64,000 nucleotides of DNA from Bacillota bacterium (GCA_023391105.1 JAEWBO010000040.1:39265-103264); one strand, 5' to 3'. Numbered from the stretch's first letter, positions 18,822 to 27,986 are shown. Translations and numbers: made by a program. Notes: generated by a model not told the origin, from the sequence alone.

Positions 18822-19424
18822 TTAACGTTTTTTGCTGGACAGCTGCACAACCAGGCCGCCGACGAATAGTACCCCAAGAGCCGCAAGATATACCGTTGAC
18901 GAATATGCGCTGTATGTGGCCTGCGGGTCATAAAGCACGAGCGACTGCGTCCGTATTCCGCCCACGATTGAGTCCACAAACTGCGCAAGCGCCGAAGCGC
19001 CGATAAACGATGTGAATATCGCGATGAATATGCGCTTGTGGTTGAGCGTCAGCGCGCCCAGCAAGCAGCATATAACAAGCGCCGGAAGATAGACATACCA
19101 GCTTAAAATATTTAATTCCAGCACATTGATCAACAGCAAACAAAGCAGCAGACCGCCGCCAAAGCCGATGCAGAATACGCCGAAATACAGCAGAAACACA
19201 AAAAGCAGCGCAACCACGATGCCCGCGCCAAGGCTGGCCAACAACAGCGTGGTATCGCCAAGCGACATAAATATGGGGAGCAACGTATTCGCGAGCAGAA
19301 ATCCTGCCGCAAAGCCATATATCGCGAGAATCACCTTGAGCCATCTGTTGCCGAAGAAACAGAACACAACACCCAGCGCAAGATCGATAATCAGCACAAG
19401 AATAGAAATCAATTGGCCATCCAT
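18822..19424 (-). CDS. DUF4203-like polytopic membrane protein (paralogue of 18115-18807)
   Basis: Internal ATG at 19424 preceded by GGAGGG. ALGVVFCFFGNRWLKVILAIYGFAAGF motif. The longer ORF-track version would overlap the LysM gene. Confidence 0.55.
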   Translation of the reverse strand: MDGQLISILVLIIDLALGVVFCFFGNRWLKVILAIYGFAAGFLLANTLLPIFMSLGDTTLLLASLGAGIVVALLFVFLLYFGVFCIGFGGGLLLCLLLINVLELNILSWYVYLPALVICCLLGALTLNHKRIFIAIFTSFIGASALAQFVDSIVGGIRTQSLVLYDPQATYSAYSSTVYLAALGVLFVGGLVVQLSSKKR

Positions 19425-19491
19425 AAACACCCTCCACGCTTGTATTTTACCACACGGAAAATACAAACACAATTGTTTGATATACCCACCG

Positions 19492-19989
19492 TCAGTCAAG
19501 AAGCAGCTGCATGCCCGGGTAAATCGGCTCCTTTGGGCCAAGGCCGTTCTTCTCGCGAATGCGGCGCACCAGTATGCCGCGCTCTCGCGCAATGGTCTCT
19601 ATCGTCTCGCCCTCACGCACCGAGTAAATCTCACCTGACAGTATCGGGATGCTGAGTTTATCCCCTTCACGGATGCTCCCGGGGTCACTTAAGTTGTTGG
19701 CCTTTTTAAGTATATTCATGGTTACGCCGTGATGCCGCGCAATGCTAAGCAGCGTATCTTCCGGCATCACTATGTATATCTTCCAGTCGGTTTTTTCCTC
19801 GCCTTCGCACCGGTTGCAATAGCACTGGCGCGGTATGTTGATCTTTCGGCACCGCTCGAAATCCTTTACGGTTTTGATGCCGTTGGCGCGCATAATCATG
19901 CACACCGGCACACGGTATTGTACGCTGAGCATTTCGAGCCTGTCCGTGCGCTTTAAATTATGAACCGTCAGCATTTCCATATGCATCAC
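19492..19989 (-). CDS. LysM-repeat protein
   Basis: Three LysM-like units (VHNLKRTDRLEMLSVQY..., YIVMPEDTLLSIARHHGV..., YSVREGETIETIARERGI...). Confidence 0.7.
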   Translation of the reverse strand: MMHMEMLTVHNLKRTDRLEMLSVQYRVPVCMIMRANGIKTVKDFERCRKINIPRQCYCNRCEGEEKTDWKIYIVMPEDTLLSIARHHGVTMNILKKANNLSDPGSIREGDKLSIPILSGEIYSVREGETIETIARERGILVRRIREKNGLGPKEPIYPGMQLLLD

Positions 19990-20019
19990 CCCGTTAAAGA
20001 ATATGCCGGGGCAATCATG

Positions 20020-21174
20020 TTATATGAGTGACAGTATGAATTTTGCGCATTCCTCTTGTGTGAATGCGACCGGATTTTTACTCATTGAAGAACCCATTGA
20101 CGCAGCTGCAAGCTCCTCCGCCATGTCCGCCGTGACGCCCAGCTCGCCAAGGCGGGCGGGCAGCCCCACATCGGCGCAAAGCGCCGCGACAGCCTCCGAC
20201 ACAGTGAGCGCCGCATCCAACTCGTTTGCAAACGTCCTATTGCATACAGAATCCGCAAGCGCCGCATATTTCGTCACACCATGCTCAATGTTATAGCGCA
20301 TCACATGCGGCAGCAGCATACCGCAGGCCACGCCGTGTGTCACACCCAGCACCGCACCCAATCCCGCGCCGATACCATGCGCCGCGCCCAGCCCTGCGTT
20401 AGCAAGGCACATGCCGCTAACCAGCGCCGCAAGAGACATCGTTTCACGCGCTTTATGGTCGCTGCCGTCGGCGTATACACGCCGCAGCGCGTTCATGGCG
20501 CGCGGTGCGTGATAAAGCGCCATTGCGTCACAGAAATCGTTGGCCTGCCGCGTGGTCAGGCTTTCGATGAGCTGGCAGACTGCATCCATGCCGGACGCCG
20601 CCGTCACGTTTGGCGGTACAGGCACTGTCAGCGCCGGGTCCACAAGCGCCACACGCGCAAGCAGCCGCTCGTCGCGCATGCTCACCTTGAATTTATCCTT
20701 GGCAGACATCACGACCGCGTTTTTCGTCACTTCCGTGCCGGTGCCAGCCGTGGTCGGCACAGCGATAAAAGGCAGTGGATCGGCAATAATCTTCGCACCG
20801 GTACCCACGCCTTCCAGAAACCCGCGGACGCTGCCGCCGTTGGAAATCACGCCTGCGGCAGCCTTAGCCGTATCCATCGCACTGCCGCCCCCGATACCCA
20901 GAACCGCATTCACGCTCGCACGAATGCCGCACTGTACGGCTGCGTCCACCGTTTCGGGCGTCGGCTCTCCCATCACACTGTCAAACACGGTGCATTTGAT
21001 GCCCGCCTTTTCCATATCGTTTAACAGCGTATCCAGCACGCCCGATCGACGCAGCGAATTACCGCCAGTCACAACCAGGTAGTGCTTGCCAAACCCCGCG
21101 CATATCGACGGCAGTTTTTTTATAGCACCACTTTCAAACACGATACGCGGTGCGGTATAGAATTCAAAGCCCAT
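20020..21174 (-). CDS. Iron-containing (group III) alcohol dehydrogenase
   Basis: 384 aa. GIGGGSAMDTAK and His-rich metal site (AAHGIGAGLGAVLGVTHG). Confidence 0.85.
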   Translation of the reverse strand: MGFEFYTAPRIVFESGAIKKLPSICAGFGKHYLVVTGGNSLRRSGVLDTLLNDMEKAGIKCTVFDSVMGEPTPETVDAAVQCGIRASVNAVLGIGGGSAMDTAKAAAGVISNGGSVRGFLEGVGTGAKIIADPLPFIAVPTTAGTGTEVTKNAVVMSAKDKFKVSMRDERLLARVALVDPALTVPVPPNVTAASGMDAVCQLIESLTTRQANDFCDAMALYHAPRAMNALRRVYADGSDHKARETMSLAALVSGMCLANAGLGAAHGIGAGLGAVLGVTHGVACGMLLPHVMRYNIEHGVTKYAALADSVCNRTFANELDAALTVSEAVAALCADVGLPARLGELGVTADMAEELAAASMGSSMSKNPVAFTQEECAKFILSLI

Positions 21175-21183
21175 GAACGCCTC

Positions 21184-22341
21184 CTATTCTTTGCGTTGCA
21201 GCGCAACAAGCTCCGGCGCCGAAACGCTGAACTGCGCGTCGCGGCAGCATTGTTCGGTATAACGCCCTTCCTTTCCGCTTTCTCCATGCCCCAGCAGCAT
21301 AAACGGCGCAGGCTCGCCACCATGACCGCCGCTGTCTGAAAACGTATAGTGATCGGACACAACGAAAGCGCTGTACGGCTTCTTCATCTGAGCAAAGAAT
21401 GGGCGGATAAAATGCTCGTCAATCAATTCGATCGCATGCATCTTTTCCACGGGCTGAAGCTCATGCGAAAGATCGTCAAGCTTCTGTATATGAATGTACG
21501 CATAATCATAATCATCAAGCGCTTTCAGCGCGGTATTCGTCTTGTCCTTCAGAAACGCCACAAAGCCGTTGTCCTCAGGCGTCGTGATGCAATCTGTGCC
21601 CGAAAGCGCGGAAATACCGCGCATCAGCGACGTTTCAGCCAGCACCACGCGGCGTCCGGCAGGGGGCGCTTCAAACTCAGGCGCGTACGACGCGCCCCAG
21701 AACCATATCGCGTTGGCCTTGGTGTCGTTGTTCTCCTTGAGCACCTCGTAGGCCTTGCGCATCATATCAAAATACGGCTGCATGACCTCGCTGTCCTTCA
21801 GGTAATCAGCCACCTTACCGCCGATCATATCATGAGCGGGCATGAACTTAAGCGCCGGCGCGATCTCTGCCGCACCATCCACCACGAGTATGTTGCGGAA
21901 TGTGTCGATGTTGATCAGCTCAAACGGCGCATGAAACACCTCTTTGTTAAGCCGCTCCACAAGCGGACGCGACAGATGTGTCTCGATATCGTGCGCACTG
22001 TAGCTCTGCATCACGCTGTTTTCAAAATCATTGCCTACCAGCGTCACGAAGTTGCAGCGCACATAAAGCGCTCCCTGCTTCACGGGCAGCCCTGCGCCCG
22101 CCGCTTCGATAACCGCGCGACCCCTGTATGTTTTCGCGGGATCATACCCGAGCAGATTCATATTCGCCACGGCGCTGCCAATCTCCATTCCTTCAGGTAT
22201 GGTGCGCACCGTGCCCTGTATGGAATTCGCAAAAAGTGCGTCCAGCCCCGGTGTATTGGCTGCCTCCATGGGCGTTTTTCCATTCAGCTTTTCCTGCGGC
22301 CTGTCCGCAATGCCGTCCAAAACGATGGTGAATTGTTTCAT
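21184..22341 (-). CDS. Cofactor-independent phosphoglycerate mutase, ApgM-type / 'proposed homoserine kinase' family
   Basis: MKQFTIVLDGIADRP...GKTPMEAANTPGLD...PEGMEIGSAVANMNLLGYDP... from ATG at 22341 (AGGAGAGG RBS). Confidence 0.75.
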   Translation of the reverse strand: MKQFTIVLDGIADRPQEKLNGKTPMEAANTPGLDALFANSIQGTVRTIPEGMEIGSAVANMNLLGYDPAKTYRGRAVIEAAGAGLPVKQGALYVRCNFVTLVGNDFENSVMQSYSAHDIETHLSRPLVERLNKEVFHAPFELINIDTFRNILVVDGAAEIAPALKFMPAHDMIGGKVADYLKDSEVMQPYFDMMRKAYEVLKENNDTKANAIWFWGASYAPEFEAPPAGRRVVLAETSLMRGISALSGTDCITTPEDNGFVAFLKDKTNTALKALDDYDYAYIHIQKLDDLSHELQPVEKMHAIELIDEHFIRPFFAQMKKPYSAFVVSDHYTFSDSGGHGGEPAPFMLLGHGESGKEGRYTEQCCRDAQFSVSAPELVALQRKE

Positions 22342-22429
22342 TGTCCTCTCCTTAATCTGATTAACGTAAGCAAATCCGCGCGCAGCGGATATCCCTTGAT
22401 GCAATATTAAAAAGAACCCTTGGTTATGT

Positions 22430-22457
22430 ATTATAACAGAAAAGGGGGCGCTTCCAA
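22430..22457 (-). promoter_or_regulatory. Putative sigma-A promoter of apgM-like/ADH operon
   Basis: Reverse strand: TTGGAA, 16-nt spacer, TATAAT. Confidence 0.4.
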
Positions 22458-22534
22458 AGTAAAATAAAAACGAAGGTATATCGATGTGCCCTTTTACATG
22501 ATGATAATAATGCCTTACCTAAAAGACCAATATG

Positions 22535-24967
22535 CTATAACTGCCGCGCGAGAATATACGTCATACCGTCCTCATAACAATAGAGCGCGACCGTGTTCAA
22601 ATCAACACACGAGAATCCGAACATCGGGGCTTCTGTGCCGTCGCTTTGTGTGATACATAGCACGCCGTCCCGAAAGCTGTAGGCGGCGCCATCGATGCCC
22701 GGCAGATTGTATTGAATGTTGCCGTCAGCATCCATGAGGAACAAATTGTCAGCGTCGTCCTGCCAGCTTCCGCATAGATAGTGCGTAATCAGCGCGTCGG
22801 AAGTCAAATACGGTGTGATATCCATCATATCCGCCAAGCCTAGAAATGCGTTGTAATCCTCCTTCGTGAACACGCTGCCGCTCTGCGAACCCGTCAGCAG
22901 ACCACATATCCGGACATAAGCATCCGACTGTTTAAACCCGGAAGCGGCCGCAAAATTCGATGCGGCTATGTCCATTTCCCCGGTGCTTATGGCGTAAAGC
23001 CCCGCTTCATAGAGCTTGGCCTTCGATTCGTCGATACGTGCCGCCGAATCATTGTACGGATCAATGGCCTTAAACACTTCAAGCGCGGAAAGATAAAGAC
23101 CTGCATCAAAGTAAGTGCACGCGTTTTGATACATAATCTCAGTTTTCATTTGCGCCGCGTCCTTGTAGCCGCCGATCGTATCGAGCAGCGTCTCAGCATC
23201 TGTATAACTGCCTTTTTGCATCAGGTACTGTGCATGGCGATAATAAGCTTCGCTAACCATCTCGGATGCATGACGGTAATGCCTGAGCCCAGAGAAAAGG
23301 CGTGCCGCCGCATCGTATTCACCGCTTTCCAGCTTCAGCCCAGCGTCTGCGTATTGCGATAATTGCGTGGCATCTCCATAGAACGCAAACACACCTTTAA
23401 GACTCCGCTGCGCCTGTGAATACGCGCCCGATTCAACATGAGTGACCGCCTGCGCATAGTTGACCTCATTGACAAGCCATGTGCCGCCCAGCAGCAGCGC
23501 GCCAACCAAGACGCTCACCACAGCCATTCTCTTTTTACCGCTTAGTTTCGCAGGCTTAACAACCTGCTGCGAGACAACAGGTGTATTTTGTATTTGACTT
23601 GCCTTGGATAAGGCATCATTCTTCGTTGCCGCGTGCGCAGGGCGATGCCCAATCAGACACGCTTGAATCTGTACAGAAAGCGTATCCAAAGATATCAGCC
23701 TGCGCGATATATCAAGGAATAGCCCTTGTGATATTGCATCTGCCAGCGCTTGATATTTTTCAATCAAGCCATTAAACAACGTCTCGTCAGGGCCGCGCTC
23801 AAAGGCGGCCGGCAGTTTGCGCCCTGTCATGGCTTTATATACGAGCGCACTGACCGCGTAAACATCCGACCATGGCCCCACTGCACCGCCCGTATACCAT
23901 TCGGGCGCCGAATAACCGGGACACGGAGTGATTCCTCCTCCTGCGCTCAGCCTTATGCTTTTCACACGCAGCAAGGCACCTTTTTTAGACATGACAATAT
24001 TCTGCGGGCAAATATCCAGACCAAAGCGGCCTTTTTTGTGCTGCTCGCGCACCTGCTCCACAACAGGCAATATGGCCTGCAGCTCATCTTCAATCTGCCC
24101 CATTGGGTTATGATGAATTTCGGTCAAATCGTTTTTGGTTCTCTTTTTACGCTTCAGCAGAAATATTATACCTGCAGCGATGATCACCGTTCCTGCCGCT
24201 ACTATGAAAATGGTCGTTATTGTATGTGTCGCAGCTTGCTCCGAGGCGCTTTGATAGCCGATACCAGCGGCGCTCAGCATACTTGTGAGCGCATCTGCGC
24301 TTAACGCCGCGTTGATATCCTGCGCATCAAGCACCGCGAGCGTATTCACACCCACCACGTGTCCGTTTCCATTTAGCAACGGCCCGCCCGAATTCCCGCC
24401 GCTCAGCGACGCATTAACCTGCAAAAGCGTGACCGACGCACCATCCTCCTTAAGCTTTCCCGTTTTTTCAGCGCTGACAATGCCGTCTGTCACAGTCACG
24501 TCCTCGGCAGACGCACCGATATCAATGGAAATGACGTCTGACGCGAGAGGAAAACCAAGCGCATAAATCGCGTCACCCGCCTTGGCGGCCTTTGCATCCT
24601 CCAGCACAAGCGGTTTAATTCCGTGAAGGGGGGTGGACAGCTTGAGCACGCATAAATCAGTATTCTCGTTTTCCAGGTAAACAGAGGCACCAACCTTTAG
24701 CGCATCCGCGCACAGCACTGAGATGTCTTTGCTGTCCTGTGTGACATGACGGTTGGTCACGATAAACATAACCGGCTCGTCCTGACCCACGGCAAAGCCT
24801 GTCCCCAAGACGGCGCTGCCATCTTCCTTTTCGCAGCAAACGCGCACCAATCCGGCGCGTGCAAAAAGCACTTCCTCCGGAACCGCGTTGGCGCAGAACG
24901 CAGCAAAAGGAAACAATAGCATCATTACAGTAAAAAGCAGCCAGACGGCTGATCGAATGATTTTCAC
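22535..24967 (-). CDS. Multidomain membrane protein: trypsin-like serine protease / TM / truncated pseudokinase / TM / TPR-like repeats
   Basis: 810 aa. Signal-like N-terminus. Catalytic triad context TNRHV, NTDLCVLKL, GNSGGPLL. TM1 IFIVAAGTVIIAAGIIFLL followed by KRKKRTK. Kinase C-lobe remnant (GLDICPQNIVM...GYSAPEW...SDVYAVSALVYKAMTG) lacking the N-lobe, HRD and DFG. TM2 MAVVSVLVGALLLGGTWLV. Repeated GxYxxA...F motifs follow. Confidence 0.7.
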   Translation of the reverse strand: MKIIRSAVWLLFTVMMLLFPFAAFCANAVPEEVLFARAGLVRVCCEKEDGSAVLGTGFAVGQDEPVMFIVTNRHVTQDSKDISVLCADALKVGASVYLENENTDLCVLKLSTPLHGIKPLVLEDAKAAKAGDAIYALGFPLASDVISIDIGASAEDVTVTDGIVSAEKTGKLKEDGASVTLLQVNASLSGGNSGGPLLNGNGHVVGVNTLAVLDAQDINAALSADALTSMLSAAGIGYQSASEQAATHTITTIFIVAAGTVIIAAGIIFLLKRKKRTKNDLTEIHHNPMGQIEDELQAILPVVEQVREQHKKGRFGLDICPQNIVMSKKGALLRVKSIRLSAGGGITPCPGYSAPEWYTGGAVGPWSDVYAVSALVYKAMTGRKLPAAFERGPDETLFNGLIEKYQALADAISQGLFLDISRRLISLDTLSVQIQACLIGHRPAHAATKNDALSKASQIQNTPVVSQQVVKPAKLSGKKRMAVVSVLVGALLLGGTWLVNEVNYAQAVTHVESGAYSQAQRSLKGVFAFYGDATQLSQYADAGLKLESGEYDAAARLFSGLRHYRHASEMVSEAYYRHAQYLMQKGSYTDAETLLDTIGGYKDAAQMKTEIMYQNACTYFDAGLYLSALEVFKAIDPYNDSAARIDESKAKLYEAGLYAISTGEMDIAASNFAAASGFKQSDAYVRICGLLTGSQSGSVFTKEDYNAFLGLADMMDITPYLTSDALITHYLCGSWQDDADNLFLMDADGNIQYNLPGIDGAAYSFRDGVLCITQSDGTEAPMFGFSCVDLNTVALYCYEDGMTYILARQL

Positions 24968-25053
24968 AGGATTGGTGACAACTCCATTATATACTATTTA
25001 TTTATAGTATATATACAGCCGCTATATTTTACAACAATGGTTTTCGGATACCA

Positions 25054-25383
25054 TCATACTTTTGACCGCTTTCTTCTCGGTTTGATGGTGATTTCGCGTA
25101 ATGTAACCCCGTTCACATAAACTTTAACCACATAATTTTTCTCCGTTTCAACAGGTCCGAATACGAACTCGCCGTCGCTGTCCGTAAATGTGTCCGCTAC
25201 GGATTCAAGCTTGTCTTCGCTGCATACGAAAAGCCGCACGACAGCATCGGGGATATGCTGCCCGTCAAGATCAAAAACGGTACCATGAACGATAGATCGA
25301 AGCTCTTTGGGTACGGTCACCACAGCCTCTATTCTCTCGTTCTGGCCGGGTGTAAACGCAAATCGCATGGGATACAGCGGCAT
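25054..25383 (-). CDS. Small carboxypeptidase-regulatory-like (prealbumin-fold) domain protein
   Basis: 109 aa. IHGTVFDLDGQHIPDAVVRLF...TDSDGEFVFGPVE pattern. Confidence 0.45.
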   Translation of the reverse strand: MPLYPMRFAFTPGQNERIEAVVTVPKELRSIVHGTVFDLDGQHIPDAVVRLFVCSEDKLESVADTFTDSDGEFVFGPVETEKNYVVKVYVNGVTLREITIKPRRKRSKV

Positions 25384-25475
25384 AATTCACTCCTTTATGG
25401 TCCTTTGTTTAATTTTTATTCATCCATACAGATGAAAATGTATGATATAATGAGTAAAAAAGACAGGAGACGCTT

Positions 25476-26660
25476 ATGATATTTGGCACAAGAGAAGTCA
25501 GCACCGATCTTGGCGCATTCAGCAGCGAAAAATGCAGCGCGTGTAAAGGCAGCTATACATATCATTTTTACAAGATCACCCGTTTTTTTGTCGTATTCTT
25601 TATGAATCTCATTCCGCTTGGCTCTCACTACGAAGCCGTATGTGAAGTCTGTGAGGACTCAAAAGCCGTGGATGGCAAGACAGGCCGCAGTATTGCCAGA
25701 CAGAATTTCAAGAAGCGCAGCCGCGCGCTGGCCGCAAAGACAATCTTTAAGCTGGCGGCAACCGCGCTTGTGATCGCAGCGGCGGTGGTGCTGCCGCTTA
25801 CCCTTCGCATTCCTCTGGACACGCGTCCGGAAACGCTAAAAAACCTCGTCACCGAAGACGGGCTTTACAGTATTCAAAACAGTGAGGGCCACGTGCTGGG
25901 TGTCGTGCAGATTGCTGAAGGCATGAACCTGCTCACCTATTACGACGATACAAGCGTACTCGTTAAAGAAACGGGTGCAGACGGAAGCTTCAAAATGCAT
26001 GAATACCGTCAGGAAGCCACAAACGAATCGGGACAGGATGACGTTTTTCTCGTACGCATTCCCGACAATCCGGGCATTCTGGAAGACAAGTACGGCACAC
26101 CTGTGCGTATCTACCATTACGATACCGAAACTGACGCGCTGGGATATTCCCGAGGCGTGGATGATCTGTCTGCCATCGAATATACGCCAGAAAAGGTTGT
26201 TTATCCGTTCAAATACTATTCGTCTGACACGCAGGAGCCGACCGATTACAAGCTTGTGCTTTATTTCACCGGGGACAAACAGCTTGAAGCCACGTATATT
26301 CCTGAGCTCGCCACCGGGGAGACCAATCAGTTTGTGATGGTGACAGTGAGAGAGTTGAAAAACGGGCGCATCGCATCTGAGGTCATATACCAATTTGATG
26401 AGAATACGATCGCGCTTGCCAAGGAGGCCGGCCTCACACATCAGAGCAGCGCTCAGGACATTTTGAATTTTATCGATCAAAACGCATTGGTGTCCACGAT
26501 GGTCACCGATTTTGAGTATTACAAAAATACCAAGGTGATCTCCAAAATGACGCTTTCAATGCAGGACGAAGGCGGCAATATGCAAAGCGTGGCACAGGAG
26601 TTTGATATCACCGTTAAAAACGGCTATTATATCGTGCAAAGCGTGAGCGAAGAACAATAG
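25476..26660 (+). CDS. Zinc-ribbon membrane protein with large extracytoplasmic domain of unknown function
   Basis: CSAC...(hydrophobic hairpin)...CEVC zinc-ribbon arrangement, then TM (LAATALVIAAAVVLPL), then about 290 aa without recognisable motifs. Confidence 0.5.
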   Translation: MIFGTREVSTDLGAFSSEKCSACKGSYTYHFYKITRFFVVFFMNLIPLGSHYEAVCEVCEDSKAVDGKTGRSIARQNFKKRSRALAAKTIFKLAATALVIAAAVVLPLTLRIPLDTRPETLKNLVTEDGLYSIQNSEGHVLGVVQIAEGMNLLTYYDDTSVLVKETGADGSFKMHEYRQEATNESGQDDVFLVRIPDNPGILEDKYGTPVRIYHYDTETDALGYSRGVDDLSAIEYTPEKVVYPFKYYSSDTQEPTDYKLVLYFTGDKQLEATYIPELATGETNQFVMVTVRELKNGRIASEVIYQFDENTIALAKEAGLTHQSSAQDILNFIDQNALVSTMVTDFEYYKNTKVISKMTLSMQDEGGNMQSVAQEFDITVKNGYYIVQSVSEEQ

Positions 26661-26683
26661 ACGCTTTCTACACAAGCAAAACA

Positions 26684-26725
26684 AAGCCCGATCGGCTTCA
26701 TTTGAAGCCAGTCAGGGCTTTTTTG
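26684..26725. terminator. Bidirectional intrinsic terminator between convergent genes
   Basis: agccc...ggcttcatttgaagcc...gggct nested hairpin flanked by an A-rich run on the left and TTTTTT on the right. Confidence 0.65.
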
Positions 26726-26792
26726 CTTGTCGAAAAACCTGCGGTTTTCCGCCAGTTTATATTTCAACGCTTTTCTTGTGTCTTTAATGTTA

Positions 26793-27611
26793 TCAGTCAA
26801 ATACAACGATCGCGTCACTGCGTTTGATGCGCGGCATTGCCGTTTCAATGATACGCAGCACGTGGTTCAATTCCTTGAGTTCAAGATAAGAGGCCACGAA
26901 ATCCTGCCCCACCGCAAGATCGATATATTGCGCATCCGAGCATACAAGCACCGCTTTGTCTATGCCGAGCACAGGCGTCCGGTACAGATGTCCATCGACA
27001 AGCGCACTCACGCGGTCGATTTCCATGCGTCCCGTTCCGGGCTGGATGCGCTGCATCTGTGTATAAAGATTCGGGCTCACGATGAGCGCCGTGCGGCCCC
27101 AAATGCCCTTTTCCACCAGCGTTTCAACGCCCTTGGCCACATCCGAAAATGGATTCTCTCCCGTTTTCCAATCTGTTCTCTTCAAATGCGCAGCGCCTTT
27201 GGCCGTGAACAGACCGTCGTATCCAAACGCTTTGCTGCCAAAGAATATAAGCTCATCCTCTTTTTTCGCGCACAGCGCGGTAGCCTCCACGACCGTGGTT
27301 AAATCCAGCGGACGATCCGACTTTATACTGTTTTCCATATCACGCCAATAAAGCGTCGCGTCGCTGTAGATAAGCGGCAGCTCTTTGTAGGCTCTTCCGC
27401 CTGTCTTTGTCATAATGCCGTCGTTTTCCACGGCAGATTTTCGGTTTAGGTCGTCCACGGGGACGCTTAACGTCTGTGCGCCCAAGGGGCCGTAGATATC
27501 GACGAACCGTCTGCCTGTCAATATTTTGCGTGCCGCAGCGACCACTGTTTCATCAATTTGATTCCATATCTTGCCCGAAAACGGGGCGCTCTCCCTCGAT
27601 AAGTAGTCCAT
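26793..27611 (-). CDS. Family 1 encapsulin nanocompartment shell protein (HK97 fold, linocin M18-like)
   Basis: 272 aa. MDYLSRESAPFSGKIWNQIDETVVAAARKILTGRRFVDIYGPLG... parallels the T. maritima encapsulin N-terminus and overall length. Confidence 0.85.
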   Translation of the reverse strand: MDYLSRESAPFSGKIWNQIDETVVAAARKILTGRRFVDIYGPLGAQTLSVPVDDLNRKSAVENDGIMTKTGGRAYKELPLIYSDATLYWRDMENSIKSDRPLDLTTVVEATALCAKKEDELIFFGSKAFGYDGLFTAKGAAHLKRTDWKTGENPFSDVAKGVETLVEKGIWGRTALIVSPNLYTQMQRIQPGTGRMEIDRVSALVDGHLYRTPVLGIDKAVLVCSDAQYIDLAVGQDFVASYLELKELNHVLRIIETAMPRIKRSDAIVVFD

Positions 27612-27623
27612 ACTTCCCCTTCC

Positions 27624-27986
27624 TTATTCTTTGATTAAACTGCCCACAGTAAAGGCGGGCTTGTCGGGTTCAGGCGCTCGCCCTGCGATTCCCAATTCCT
27701 CAAGCATCTCTTTGACTTCGTTCTCCCCCGAGATAAAATGCGCGGCCTCCTGCGGGTCAAGATGCCGCAGCAGCGTCATCAGCTCGCCCACATGGGCTTT
27801 TTCTTCATCTCTGATATCCGCAATCACTTTTTTGGCCACCGGATCGTCGGTGGCAATCACATGGGCGTCGTACACATAAATGGCTTCCAGCTCCCCCGCG
27901 ATGTCTAAGCGAATGGCTTGAATCAGTTCTTCCTTGGTCAGCTTACGATTCACATTTCCCTGAAATGGATTTGCAAAGTTTGGCAT
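27624..27986 (-). CDS. Encapsulated ferritin (EncFtn) cargo protein
   Basis: 120 aa. Ferroxidase residues in GELEAIYVYDAH...RDEEKAHVGEL. C-terminal targeting peptide ...PAFTVGSLIKE. 12-nt gap to the shell gene. Confidence 0.85.
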   Translation of the reverse strand: MPNFANPFQGNVNRKLTKEELIQAIRLDIAGELEAIYVYDAHVIATDDPVAKKVIADIRDEEKAHVGELMTLLRHLDPQEAAHFISGENEVKEMLEELGIAGRAPEPDKPAFTVGSLIKE

